A stretch of 64,000 bases of DNA, taken from assembly GCF_000737315.1 (NCBI RefSeq), contig NZ_JMCB01000003.1, positions 186,001-250,000 of the forward strand, written 5' to 3'. The stretch's first letter is position 1; each line of letters begins with the position of its first letter. This stretch comes from Hyalangium minutum. Its GTDB lineage: Bacteria > Myxococcota > Myxococcia > Myxococcales > Myxococcaceae. The notes beneath the pieces were generated by a model. It searched no databases, had not been told where the DNA came from, and saw nothing but the letters and a program-made list of their open reading frames with translations. A program made the position numbers and the translations under genes. This document shows, piece after piece, positions 59,701-62,116 of the stretch.

Positions 59701-61250
59701 CCTCGCTGCCCACCGGGTACGGCGCACCCTTGTTCCAGGTCCAAGGGCAACTCGCGGCGGACCAGCCCTGTGATCCGGCGCAGCCCTGGTTCGCCTGTCA
59801 GCAGGGACAGCGCTGCCTACCCTCGGTGGACGGTTACCAGTGCCAGGACGCCGCATGCGCCAGCGCGCAGGACGAAGATAGCGATGGGTGGAGCGGCTAT
59901 CCCCAGGATCCGGGCTGTACGTCGCCGGATGATCAGGACGAGTCGGACCCCGAGACTGCACCTGCCTGCTCCAACGGTGCGGACGACGACGGCGACGGGC
60001 GTACGGACTGGCCAGCCGATCCGGGCTGCAGCTCCGCCTCGGGGAACACCGAGTCGGGAGATGGCGAGCGGTGCGAGGCACCTGCGGAAGTGACTGCATC
60101 CACCACGGTGGTGGACTTCTCGGAGGCGGCCTCGGACGAGACGCTGCTCTGTGATGCCCGGCCTGTCGGCGACAAGGTGTTGAGCGTCCGGATGCCAGGG
60201 GCTGGCACCATGGTGCTCACTTCCAGCCCGGAGATCTCAGCGCTGGCGCTTCGTCCGGCCTGCGCGGAGGAGCATGCGGACGTGAGATGCCTCTCGACCT
60301 TGACGGCGCCCTTGTACACCAAGGTGCCGTTGGAGGCAGGGGCCTATTCGATCGTGCTCAAGGGGACAGGGACCGCGACGCTTCGAGTCTCGGGCTTCTT
60401 GAATCACGGCGCTGGCTGCGATCCCGCGATGCCTTGGTTCAAGTGCGTGGCTCCGGCGTCCTGTACCATGGGCCCCACGGGCGCCACCTGCGTCGCTCCG
60501 GTGTGCTCGAACGGGCTGGATGACGATGGCGATGGCAAAGTGGATTTCCCGTCGGATCCAGGGTGCAGCTCGATGTGGGATATGGATGAGTCGGATCCTC
60601 CGGCGACTCCCGCCTGCCGTGACGGTGTGGACAACGATGGAGACGGGCTCACGGACTGGCCCGTCGATCCAGGCTGCGAGATCCGGGACGATCTGGATGA
60701 GGCCGATCTCTCCACGCCTCCTCAATGCTCCAACGGTGTGGACGACGACGGTGACGGCCTGATCGACTACGGCTCCGATCCGGAGTGCTCCAGTGCGGGC
60801 TCGGACAGCGAGGGTCTCTTCCAGGGCGTGCTGGCACAGCACCTGTCCTCGCAGACGTCCGGCTATTTGCCCTTCACCGCCACCAGCCGGCTCCCGCTGA
60901 TGACCTGCTTCGAGTCCAACCGGGAGCTCAAGAAGGTCTTCCAGTTCGTGGCGCCCAATACGGGGCGGTACATCATTCCTCCCAGCTGGCCCTCGGGCAG
61001 AGTGCGGTTCTCCGTCGACGTGGTCGGGCCCGACCGGGGACAGATCATCTGTGCCAACGACTCCGCGCAGCTGTCGCTAAGACAGGGGGACGAGATCATC
61101 GTCACTGTCGGAGGGGATGACACCTATGGTGGGAATGGCACCGGCGGGGTGATGCAGATCCACTTCATGTACTCTGAACCGCAGCAGATCGTCTCCCCAT
61201 GGCTCCCACCCCCTGAGCTCGATTGGCAGTGGACGGGCGTCATCCCATGA
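29784..61250 (+). CDS. Giant 10,488-aa secreted protein: Ig-like repeats, IPT/TIG, SbsA/Big_5-like, LVIVD-type beta-propellers, C-terminal Cys/Asp repeats
   Basis: Uninterrupted 31.5-kb ORF with strong GC3 bias; signal peptide ...LPLTAWS/A; repeated D..PP.V....P, P.GG..V.V.G.GF and LAVVD[LV]S.P..P motifs. Confidence 0.95.
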   Translation: MSLPGGRMLRAAALLALVLPLTAWSATVTAAFPLVPLRPGATTAEVGVEVQGPAEQVLISVTGQSASRGSFASLANVVVDRDQAGAVSFHTLVTFSQPFPEDGVLEVVARPVGDGEDTSLTTRFDAAAPPPRFGPTPLRVRADLDNQTIILELAYAGNAVAAEASVVGASAEELRRVQGSLEDVEPVSFVQARRLLARPSTATPGRIVFAVPLGTAPIPHDGVVIADVALRDAFGRTVHTSAVEFTQATAFDPVVGVSVEPSPLLLSEGFGQRVPLQVAGSFAIAGEVDLSGAHRGVQYRSLDEGVASVTEDGQVVARANGETDIEISYAGYTATAHVVVDSSAVVERLEVMPEAPVIPRVGGSIRLGLEGVLSDGRRVDLSSRTLGTTWSSLDPSVLTVHSDGRAVGLRPGTARVEARNAGYSALRVVEVQDGPPEISLSAPSQVVEGADFELKARAQDDVALAFVEFLVNGVVTTRLTAPPFTIKLRAPPVAGGEMVIGAVAVDSHGSRTRATDVTLKVQPGQGASSKTIVYETPLPGALLLEGLPHTVSLTSGDARSGTLSPQDFQLVRYYADGALLGTVRTPRVEMRNLEEDPTEPPEYVAVPLWELSYVPRAGTAGTVVALYAEAVDARGATARGATILVRIARDGPPLVTLRSPSGPRVQATAGRPVQLTGLVEDDTVTLGVELSLLVDGAQVSSTRLVGEGLGGTRAGSAPFSISWTPPVSSIGRLVRLQFMARDVGDHESRASLEASVVADAPPQISLQTPPPGSQVLAGTTQFLTASVVDDSAGPVEVTWRVNGVPVGASRSPPYRTSWSVPTSAAGSTLQLQATARDSTGNEAQASGELFVVSDTTRPSISLVVPRPLAEVPETQDLVVSVAGQDDATVKKVEVLLEGEVLATDDDPGPNGTQLGSFLTHTLVRSAQLMGRQQIRLGARAYDASGNVGSAPEVLVKVLPDAPPTVRFVLPAANTRATIGTPLELIAEADDDVAVSSVEFFADGNSSCRATLPPYRCTITVTGPARTLHLRAVASDAGGRSSSAEVAVQVSEDREPPLVAFRSPSEGSFTFAGRNLSVEVAASDDVGVRDVRLELDGQTVGTQSGGVVDGLYRLFRWQVPIPAGAAGHTLAFKAVATDTSGLTRERLLEVRARRDEAPAVSLTSPAPNSFYKEGEDVRLVVTVADDEGVIGLVGLSGGRRQGTLAQSGPLLDVSRPQALTVRAPSIFRGEPPTVGAEARDTAGQSGVATVMLNVARDLEPPSALMISPLPPATGHLRVNEGGAFSLRVEVEDDVRVVRVAAVVDGQELPVVNGREPLGPQNERFEEVRVQDPVMPGQIIVSRRYLGTFAGTASLAQYSVGLHTLAARAYDAGGNATTTPALSFEILEVQDLAPPRVTLTLEGGPDERTCVAGAPMKLRVSATDDVSIREASVTFEGQPVTIRNPPERSPRNWQEEIPFQFPPLGTGGRRTVTFLARVTDGAQHTGVVSRTCELTPDGPPQILVVSPTARAALTEEGTEPVQVDVSDDVGVRRGLRVLSTSAVAVPGIGSFEVTATAAHEGLGVPSATLIPGDGPGFSVEALEGRLLISPPGEGQGTGTTAPGRLRLNVEPSPAGHGALAQVRFRYVVKPGHEGSTALQSFRSAFPDGVGSVTLSAPAFSADLSFPSQDIEMEEVDIQLSKASANAEELAVTRLGLRGWGTPQLQLRAEAAGERVAVQRWNTGVAPSRPGQVKRIDEAVWLPRGQAPRDSQLTVLAEDVAGLVGRVAIPIVARTDTDPPTASIVSPGNGASVVEDTVFEVQVSAQDNARLDQLELWVDGQSRQVMRVGPGPSGSPQAHRFSLSLPLPASGYPAALSVVARDGAGNATASDTAYVRVIPDVAPSVTFQSLTSAVESFTRTELDSGYVVMLQGVPATLGMLLEDDAGLASMRVQFGDQVVKEESFTGAPLTAGRQVTFTPPVGRDGAPVVLLVSLTDSAGHTRQTRLLIESRRPRPPALALAAPTPGATIAEGSIQLLFDAVAVDDTGVDHVQLFINGQPALILTRGEPIAWNLDPQSGAVVVADPALRQAVASLPPEDQDLQRLRHYRGQVKLPPGFVALVPGRTDAALQLRTIAADKEGHETVLDQPLRIEADVATPLVEVLRPVLGRNVVEGTSVLVEVSARDNVLVDRVEILAGPSASELRVVHTAGGFPPTNAVPGSPFDVYAPLVQYAFTVPTLAQLGSTVPVPYFVAARARDISGNWTAPADFVIQPIEIIQDQPPGVSILSPADGTPAVANSTITVSVMAEDDVAVGNVRLEVDGTPLPVTLHAPPFSFHVPVPDRAGELRLRAVAVDSGGHQVGSQVVILPLRDDLAPTVAVAQPRPEARLTEGRDFALVVAAQDDVAIRSVEVLVEGGLAGPLRLVASNLPYSFRVPLPPGSAGRTLRIVARARDSAGHESVAPEVTALAVADTSRPTVAWLRPAAGSQALEGSVVELEVDARDDVAVNSLELRLNDQPLAIMPTPPFRMTYHVPAQGGGQALVFSAIARDPSGNQTVETRRLEIAEDEPPSVSVIAPTRLVVGNPALLRAQASDDVAVTEIGFHVGSDPAALSEVARRYQLPYEFRYAATEADVGKVLTIRGRAMDLAGHEAWSVPVQALVVPDTPPTVAVRKPLAGEAIFEGQRLRLEVEATDVEGPIKQVAFFVDGRKVHVATTPAGIPGSPNLFATSYSPPVGSGNRLLRITAVAVDSANQETESAPVVVGTVRDTVPPETQLVDPMVWELVTEAEPVEWTAAALDESAVVGVRFLVDGQQVGPPSTVPRPGPSNRPLYYGTWLPPSGAAGQTRTLTAEATDPSQNVGRAEPVTVELGMRPEPAVELVVEPYARRQAGMAADGEGLVIHGALLKDVPLPPPNDTVKRDEGRLALARLDLNGLAPLGTVKVTGSPVSQTLLGRLALVAMGPVFDPVGKKTIPAQLQVVDLSNTAVPRLRGVVDLPSDDVHQVVARDRLAFVANGTSGVAVLELGNPDAPQRAFTRPTVGPARGVAVTDQWLLVAAGSGGLRVLDVRDPYLRELGFVALPGEANRVEVVGSRAYVGCSNAQAPLAVVDLSRPAQPRLMSLLSHAPRRPDLLASEVTDVAVSGGVALVTTAITDQDAEPVKGILSASTVKADGAASTFVRANLPGARDVLFSQGRPVALLGDSAMGAFTLPRLAVTDVSPVDGTGQVPPTAQVTVTFSRLLQGASVTEQTVLLRAQDAVLGPVVPATVTVNETRILVAPRAPLPTNTEIFLTVLPTVTGEGGVTLGERFVSRFRTSPVDGLPPQVADVQPPAGPVDGGTRVRVWGLHFAPGARVLFSGQEATQVQVAADGRSLDAVTPPNLEGAVVVTVVNPNGLEGSLLGGFLYLQILDVSMVVPATGSLAGGNLVELSGSGFQRGATVRFDGVPATDVRVLSPGRISLRTPPGHFGTVDVRVDNPDGRYVVKPDAFLYSNLVVSRVLGRHIPDPQYDGPIRPAEKLPQGVPRAVVMQGGLAWLLSDGTAALQAHSPEELLQDSIQAAVTLVDVSDPDNAAVRSGVSIAPPYQPRALAVRGTTAYVAADAAELPYVDVVGEGGPSLLVVDASVLQAPRMVTAVPFEGTARAVAVADDLALVAAGAGGLAVFSVADPLRPVLTGSIQSMRVRGEVRAVNVVDVAASGRYALVRAGTNAGTFTLVLDLATPGIEVVGEASDLGPMALQGRRGLTLGNGQIRTLSFSPPTWPRNLVGMSSLVGGTPVTVAVGPHVGAAGTEVSRPGNSGSGKLEVSLSADPSRPRAVDAVDLYPAARFGGVAVERDVAVISISALLTKKGEVVADPTLALGSDGLAVVRMPFLMGMRSQPADGDTEVPPSTPLRLEFNREVAGASPQTVRLIRQDGSVNGVVEPAEIQTLGRTVLLLPAQPLAPSTTYRVVADQLTDALTRAEMAGPFYLEFSTASSSAAMPVSISGLTPREGPAAGGTLVTVTGTGFEPGATVRFGGVPATQVTVSEDGTQLTARTAANTAGAATLEVTNPSGSVARRLGAFLFTQPLSVLAAAPGRGPASGGTRVILSGTGFSSTGTVQVRFGGVPALRTRVLGLNRLEVYTPRGLRGTVDIQVTNPDGSQATLEDGFIFDQPGGASVALSDRPVDVVVIGDSALVLQRGGLSVVDLSGLYLKGPLKDTPIPPDLVDGLVDVDNDRKDDRLVSFLPIPDALSLAYPSTWGHRLFVGTGGWDSKLQQWTAGEVLEVAIADLAHPAISARTAAVEGPVFGLDVKDERLLAATGQKGLSSFDRSYAPFLVGQLPMQGAAQSVAGSAGMAVVGVGQRDATSFAVSAGALRIVSTEASPSLRGALPLNIQRARWKGDVAVVAAGDAGLVLVSAANPDQPQVLASVLVGGFAWDVRLQGNLAYVAAGTAGVAVVDLTDLLHPRVLYHVTGARGGTAKLVEMTAGGRLVSMRDRGTQGWSVDFGRPSELAVVSASVAPDEVVPLSLPSVTVTLSAGLLHTSAPEAFSFTANGAPVPGTLEAGTPELPVSTLVFRPSEPLPSGAELRLALGTSLRSLLGDALIAPFEVRFFAAGGTGERPQLLQVVPRVGPSEGGTEIELLGTGFVPGTTVRIGAAPALVLSLSSTRMTVRVPPGEPGLADVVVVHPSGVTARRSGGYFYSAPLFASASIPRFLNPKGGSTVRVTGRGFLPTWSSPLGSTRVLIRGLPARSVSVESTTQLVAVAGPGSFGDADVELVAADGLQRASSPSPVGYGLPFSGKVVGASVRPVALAGNPALPLLPFAAAGASVEGNTFPQPYTGPMTGGGLVPESFRMVAYDVTRVGRPELAGASVVDPPDHDVDYLIGSLPYLAQRELPLPEVELMPDSFDVALRGTQLLVANGASGLAVIDASGTTLEQWPLLGRGGIGSVLGQEYATRLLATPTGAWVFSNPLEDNLLPEEIPCKSPTDEHYPAAGSGGQLQLFDTRSPSDPVLLGSIGSGSAQEPYGATVAGGRLLVAMGNHAGVIYCTETPFPPPPWASLTTGRRTRFLGLDPSDDYRSEDAPIIMMKTPHGALELYDSAGVGAQRLARRPYPYSLTDVVVVRDVAIASAAEFGLIFFDVRPDNPQAPQELLRLPFDQSLSNTPGHPERLRLIGDLLFVAASSGSVYVLDVSDPRHPEFLSGGNTEFAYDVLPVGDRLMLASRQELTELSMPFLLPLSTTPERDALVPPSLSQLEVRFNRPLAPATVNDISVQLIGPSGPVPLELSVVAEHATLTYAVRAQLPEEGLEPGATYEVRIASTVADQRGGGMIRPFRTAFRTGAAGSHAPRIDAVQPSAVSMAGGQQVVIQGSGLSGVASVRIGGATASFTAAGDTELHVTVPPSTRPGPADVRIEDAGGPWSLLPHGVLYLSPLASAHASLVPDHGPVEGGTEVKVSFSGASPVAPGTRVFIGDREGVNVDVVSLSTLRFTTPRPDGPGLVPVKLERPGEVSETVGYFSYDLPTGTTVDLPGFPPRETSEVVLSGDLLFAGVPTAGYEGLELFNIRVPEHPVRLGGLRTEGAVRGLDARGALALLATDAFGLVAVDVQDTARPFTVGRGATAGLATGIRLEGNVAHVSVTQMDGGAGYVQTFDVSQPSLPLLSTTPLTEDALALDHAPGRFYALTSNVRTGQPDGLRLTVYTRQGQRLGGVVVDATPRSYAELVRSRLTVRGGRAYVTLGSRLYVFDMSDETAPQVLQSTELGAPARGLTWAGGSLLVSTTGSSTLVTVPPTDLLVVGTSPVNGALASPLTSIRVDMSLPVREDTVTAGTFEVVQVGSAGPVPVPGHREVVFATRGSSLVFTPEDPLEPGAQIEVKVEGVLGFDTRPLAHPASFAFTVAGEDALQPWVERLEPASGLFTDFTATTVRGAGFRQGVTVRIAGQNATVVSVQEDQLGIVVPPSLTSAGPASVEVIDPSGLSAVRLGGFLYREPLRLALLSPDRAPQQGGVAVELRGTGFMPGLVVRFGGTGSFQVDVPSMERAVAVAPPHAQGLVDVEAVLGSQSAVKARSFLYGTGAVSRLPTPPVRDVRVEGTVAYVALGGETEIVGLDAEGHLITLEQRRKTDSGGLMVADLSEPTVAREIRRVNVSAQGGVRRMARAGNTLYLAAGSAGVVAVDVSQPANASETLRLSVQGEAVDVVTAGSLIFVADGSGVRVFRTGETEQPMLVAQRALPGGASALALYGGLLLVSNASATDARLYVLDARRGDLAPLAQEAHLPLSAPARHIAVEGTRAFVSLGRAGQVAIVELADPTAPAPAGTLVLKDELHQGWTSAEQTLVAGDVVWVAGGGGKVQRFAALVGQQPQWLETASVLGDAKALARSGRYLMAGTLLLDVNGRPVEMPLADTRDAAGTLTGGLVSVALDHLELRGTVPVAGAVVQVGVVPEVLLSALPDMATAGAVRLEGTDGVEVRVARQGRADTEGGRLALIPQSPLAVGTDYVLRVGGTLADLAGRPLGTDVGVRFRTGPIASPEQPVITAMSPVTGLEAGGDTAVLTGEGFMPGCQVWVGDTLASGVTVSSDGGRITLIVPPGPAGAAAVRVRNPNGLEALQLGLYRYLVAPELTQVSPAQAPFNSRQRVVLTGKGFAATTQVTFGGRPALHPVMDSQGRISVEVPDDVTGVVEVAVATPMPGGALVARRPDGFTYTLKPLGGVGGNTEALAVAGRVLLAARAGRLVAFDLTRPGDLPEVANVPGVTSAGGLVVSGDEAWLAGQGEVVRYALEGCGAGLPVSCPLQVVERIPLVASGVASVAAGQGSAYVTVAGGSDVVLLGRVDGATRVVAQVNVGPGVVRGVAMAGPVLAVLVQGSQSSRLELRDVADGSLTLVGEVPGLYWTVNRLAAEGTRVAVASGAGVRLYETAEPAVPVELGRFEGQGSAYTVALSGPWALASGDFGLAWLDTTQGLKRRTSGSTYGWAGNVAVGAGVAVAASAYELRAFELPYPTVTGQEPSPGGALPREAAVSVTLADRLPPSVVQGTAMELVGPAGAISGTRTVQGSAVLFRPSAVLTPGERVQARVTLGATPYVGGTVLGPWTWSILPSAEAPSLRVDALVPDHGDVSGGYPVVLAGAGFDAQTQVWFGTRAATVVPPVSTDAIHVLAPASPVPGPVRVRVSPGVAGTPVDVPGGFVYLAPLAISRVTPPRVDLGGGAVTVEGTGFNRSLTARLGGLVAPVSDFTPTSFKLSVPAGPSGWLALEVAQAGTPPVTLAQAVLRADGVAPTVTAWEPLDTVGTGQVPLNSIFTVRFNEPIDPATATHVRLVRQGGTVPESGTHTVAPDGLSVTFTPAAALPSTTAFTLSAAGVADLFGNAIANTAAARKDFRSRDVVPPNVYVRLESSTEPLAPGTLLAAEVSWSFRVVASDDSGQVSLRQLWVDGAAVSVDWDGKATYRWPAIMSSRPSTLKVRAEDSAGNGTESEVTVQVVEDMPPTVAITQPSTPVVQVEQGVSLTVALAASDNHGVSAVELRLDGVPIKRASSLTGTNATLSHVLYLPTQGTYQLTALAMDDRGQLTSSESVSVQVLPDTTPPQLAWVLPMAGTKLIGGGRYPLQVSATDLNGVAEVSFRIDGQLVATRTAPPWSMDWDAPAVTSAGTRLLEARARDAQGNEAGASQTVTVAPPSTSRPTIVLDGFSTSYGYPEGTAVTVRARVTSEIPLQSVRLSLGAETVTLTQPPWQLTFVAPRVPPPSQLVRLRGTAVDLLGRESFPVEYDVTVQDDGRQPVLALDMNPQGPSLLGGSTLQVGGLDGGVLTGTVVRVSEVLQPAETDGGYTLPFEPEAAPVRVSARMDAWDGGMVTLERQGTLTAFANGATVSVAAADEPVLDLATSGPWEWVARDQSGGHTRLELRDAATQALTAERSLDGTAVAVAFERGRAVVALRTGGRGRVDMMSVPALETVGSFSVRRIPRALETTSFGLAIGTDEGLELWSSGGMLASRLPLGDVLGVSAEGDRLAVLTNSTLYEVDASVPHAPALVASVPVAGATGVVALADARRCVVGATARCFRVEGTALTLQGEARLPDTAIAADGPGPWLLAGTASGLSVVDARGAPSMAGYYPALAGRVAAGDGRIVAAAPGRSSLLKLRRSVGAPTVHLELPPSAAPGARVPVVASVEGLSDPRDGYTAELRVRGTAVQVLKGRLPQSVDLPRDGTAAQVALRVVDLAGHEALAQGTVALVDDGAGPALAALQARAEVPSGAFFSLAAVPADPARVASVEYSVDSTVLGRADAPALAWRLRAPTVSTDTAFTVSAVALDAQGRRGAPVQASVWVRAGTGAALPTVSLARVGTGSIQEGTEVRVRATLTPSVPVAEVRFKMDGEEQQRLMLPPYEAVLRMPVGTGSRGVTVEAVAVDDQGRESAAALLPLTVVDDLTPPVVALEVDPSGEVLTAGSRVRATAIASDGGALESWSVRALLANVELASGGGRLDFTVPASTPAGTLVEIVATARDVAGNVATSRVTKTVLAPVLPDGGVVVAGDFVGADRLTLRGDFVYATTPRGLAVGRVRWGETPTIEPVSFLATDVAPSSLAVQGPWAVLVLPGRGLSIVNIADPAQPRVRGTLAGTFTKALAGDGLYVQGNSLFELDLEVPSTPVLRNMAVSATAVDGTADGVVFNSYSYLMVRARLTSGLSGYLSLLWPVGVPQTARWNDGKLLVGTDRSLAVLVRSGDSLGVAQEVPLPAGVRAMAVADGRVWLACTDGKLRWVDVRNPTAAQVIAQEALPARALEVSGGLMLATTAQGIFVRRLPNLGAAGSALSTPVGGLTLDDAPRAVTSFRRGVLVAAGLAGVQRIVLDDPSHPSRVSQSVAGLALKQVERTGEQVFTLNGTTLSIHVEQWDGSLVRDGGASDRLAALGSVERFAVSPRRLWAVSGGTVSSMGLPSVDQKVSLLLGSATLDVAGDETRAVVALGRAGAAVVLVDGAGTLRLGAMIPEVHTDAVAVDGDLALLGGPSGLAVVDLSAASGPVRRASLPTAGAVRRVRLEGRLALVSEGSAGVELWNVSQPAAPVLLGKLSTPRAEDAVVAAGHIVVADSVAGVKVFSLPAAGVNPVVRVVPDASSVEAGSWLEVSARVSGVQVDTAELLVEGQVLSRMDERAAVGRYLVPKQAVVGRELAVQVRARTASGAETLSAPVFVRVSAPTNLPEIVLYPNSPNSGWSYYSASSISVSAVYGGALAPVSARVRWAGQDLGALTVMDTSIHGELRMPVVGADTTGTLEFVLVDAAGRIKTASVPSIRVLAPQDPLPQSVYGLPSRLYSAPYDNAFTAQAYCYTWCNVRVERNGVTIASTLSTSPYTGWRSLPVSLVLPGETTGTQQTLTIVAEDSAGRQVRQEQRYTVLRDDLVPSVSLYAPYSASEGATVSVSAYASFPPGHQIRSLRLLANGVEIASVVGPTLSGVPYTFPSVSVTSTVRFEAIATDHLGREGRAEQLAQVLPDAPPSASMYASPTPVQGYPIYACINAADDVRLTAVTFKAGEETLWSCTSGCSAYFSTSFSKCVQSASRYTGSEIVLSAELTDSVGHTVTETRPYAVAQNQPPTVTLTSKSYLVAGQGGTPVYASAYDEAHMQSLKVRVGDTLIAQSTSSYYAQSGLSWSGSYTPSSPESFVLEAVAEDGAGLQTVLRKQVPVLPAGSGQSCEKPVPIGMDLTLRPPQVQLQSTFYSRCGTFYTGSWHTLPFDGPVEEISLRAYSDSWYWPTLIVKDGCDASAAQFCPYSSSSSDVSTRATSLSSQARVFLSQVTGDVYVSFARLGMGARCIPGSTSVVCSNSVCREQSSGEYRCAPEACRDGLDNDGDGRVDFPAEPGCTSATDDDETDPVPLPTCANGVDEDEDGAMDWPAETDCPSASSNGEHPTSCQVTPLTLLGSRMRIDFSQASNLDDLVCSTSGSGPDQVVRVEVPGQASLSGSLMEPYGYPKTLALRKSCTDGGAFLACAPAEWQSVWDDGRWVSQSVAMTSAEVGPGSYLFVADSSLPTGYGAPLFQVQGQLAADQPCDPAQPWFACQQGQRCLPSVDGYQCQDAACASAQDEDSDGWSGYPQDPGCTSPDDQDESDPETAPACSNGADDDGDGRTDWPADPGCSSASGNTESGDGERCEAPAEVTASTTVVDFSEAASDETLLCDARPVGDKVLSVRMPGAGTMVLTSSPEISALALRPACAEEHADVRCLSTLTAPLYTKVPLEAGAYSIVLKGTGTATLRVSGFLNHGAGCDPAMPWFKCVAPASCTMGPTGATCVAPVCSNGLDDDGDGKVDFPSDPGCSSMWDMDESDPPATPACRDGVDNDGDGLTDWPVDPGCEIRDDLDEADLSTPPQCSNGVDDDGDGLIDYGSDPECSSAGSDSEGLFQGVLAQHLSSQTSGYLPFTATSRLPLMTCFESNRELKKVFQFVAPNTGRYIIPPSWPSGRVRFSVDVVGPDRGQIICANDSAQLSLRQGDEIIVTVGGDDTYGGNGTGGVMQIHFMYSEPQQIVSPWLPPPELDWQWTGVIP
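31075..38330 (+). repeat. Run of about 20 or more divergent bacterial Ig-like domains in the giant protein
   Basis: Recurring D..PP[TS]V.[IL]..P...A.A.DD.[AG]V..VE...A.A.D..G motif at about 100-aa spacing; no exact DNA repeats. Confidence 0.8.
38340..51470 (+). repeat. Seven-fold higher-order module: beta-propeller + Big_5-like + IPT/TIG + IPT/TIG
   Basis: Big_5-like units start near 39350, 41330, 43190, 45360, 47035, 48930 and 50655; each is followed by two GG..V.V.G.GF IPT units and preceded by an LVIVD-like region. Confidence 0.8.
59148..60788 (+). repeat. Seven Cys/Asp-rich CxxGxDxDGDGxxDxPxDPGC repeats in a 2-2-3 arrangement
   Basis: First Cys at 59148, 59259, 59856, 59967, 60504, 60615 and 60726; 111-nt spacing within each cluster. 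Confidence 0.9.
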
Positions 61251-62116
61251 GGCCCTCAAGCGGAATAGGCAGCTGGCTCGTGTTGGCCCTCGCGGTGCTG
61301 TCCGGGTGCGATGACTCGCGAACGGTGGCGAAGGTGGGGCGCACGGGCCTGACGGTGGAGGACGTGACGCAGCTGCGCGCCGCGCAGAGCCCGAGCGTCC
61401 GCGCCGCGCCGGAGCAGACGCTGGAGGTGCTGGTGGATCGCGCCCTGCTGGCCGAGGAGGCCCGGCGCCAGAAACTGCACGAGCAGCCCACGGTGAAGGC
61501 CCAGCTCGCGGCCGCCGAGCGGGAGCTCCTGGCGCATGCGGTGCTGGAGCGGGCGGTGGCTCCCAGCGTGACGGACGAGGCGCTGCGCGCGCGCTACGAG
61601 GCCGCGCGCTCCCGGCTGGAGCGCCGCGAGGTGCACGTGGCCCAGATCTTCGCGCGGATGCCCGAGGGCTCTGATGAGAAGACTCGGCGCCAGGCGCAGG
61701 TGCGCATCAACCAAGCCTATGCCCGGCTCGCGGGCGGAGAGCCTTTCGAGACCGTGGCGCGCGAGCTGTCCGAGGACTTGGTGAGCGCGCCCCAAGGAGG
61801 AGAGCTCGGCGTGGTTCGGGAGGGAGGAGTGGATCCAGCGTTCTTCGCCCAGGCCGTGGCGCTGGCCGCAGGCGCTTGGTCCAAGCCGTTCATCACGCCC
61901 TTCGGCTGGCACGTGGTGAAGGCGCTTGAGGCGTCGAAGACGGTGGTGCCCTCCTTTGATGAGGCGAGAGGTGTGCTGGAGTCCGAGGCGCGCCAGGAGG
62001 CCCAGGCGAAGCTGATGGAGCGGCTGCGTCAGGAGATCTCGGTCCGTCGCTACCCGGAGCGGCTCAAGCTGGCAGAGGAGAAGAGCAAGCCCCAGGGCGA
62101 GGGGGAGGCGAGATGA
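61247..62116 (+). CDS. Parvulin/PrsA-type foldase lipoprotein 3 (partly degenerate)
   Basis: ATGA overlap with giant gene stop; lipobox VLSGC; AQIFA, FETVARELSEDLVSAPQGGELG, FGWHVVK. Confidence 0.87.
   Translation: MRPSSGIGSWLVLALAVLSGCDDSRTVAKVGRTGLTVEDVTQLRAAQSPSVRAAPEQTLEVLVDRALLAEEARRQKLHEQPTVKAQLAAAERELLAHAVLERAVAPSVTDEALRARYEAARSRLERREVHVAQIFARMPEGSDEKTRRQAQVRINQAYARLAGGEPFETVARELSEDLVSAPQGGELGVVREGGVDPAFFAQAVALAAGAWSKPFITPFGWHVVKALEASKTVVPSFDEARGVLESEARQEAQAKLMERLRQEISVRRYPERLKLAEEKSKPQGEGEAR

Noticed and set aside
61100-61250. MYXO-CTERM or autotransporter C-terminus on the giant protein
   Set aside because: No hydrophobic TM segment with a basic tail and no terminal aromatic residue or evident barrel pattern
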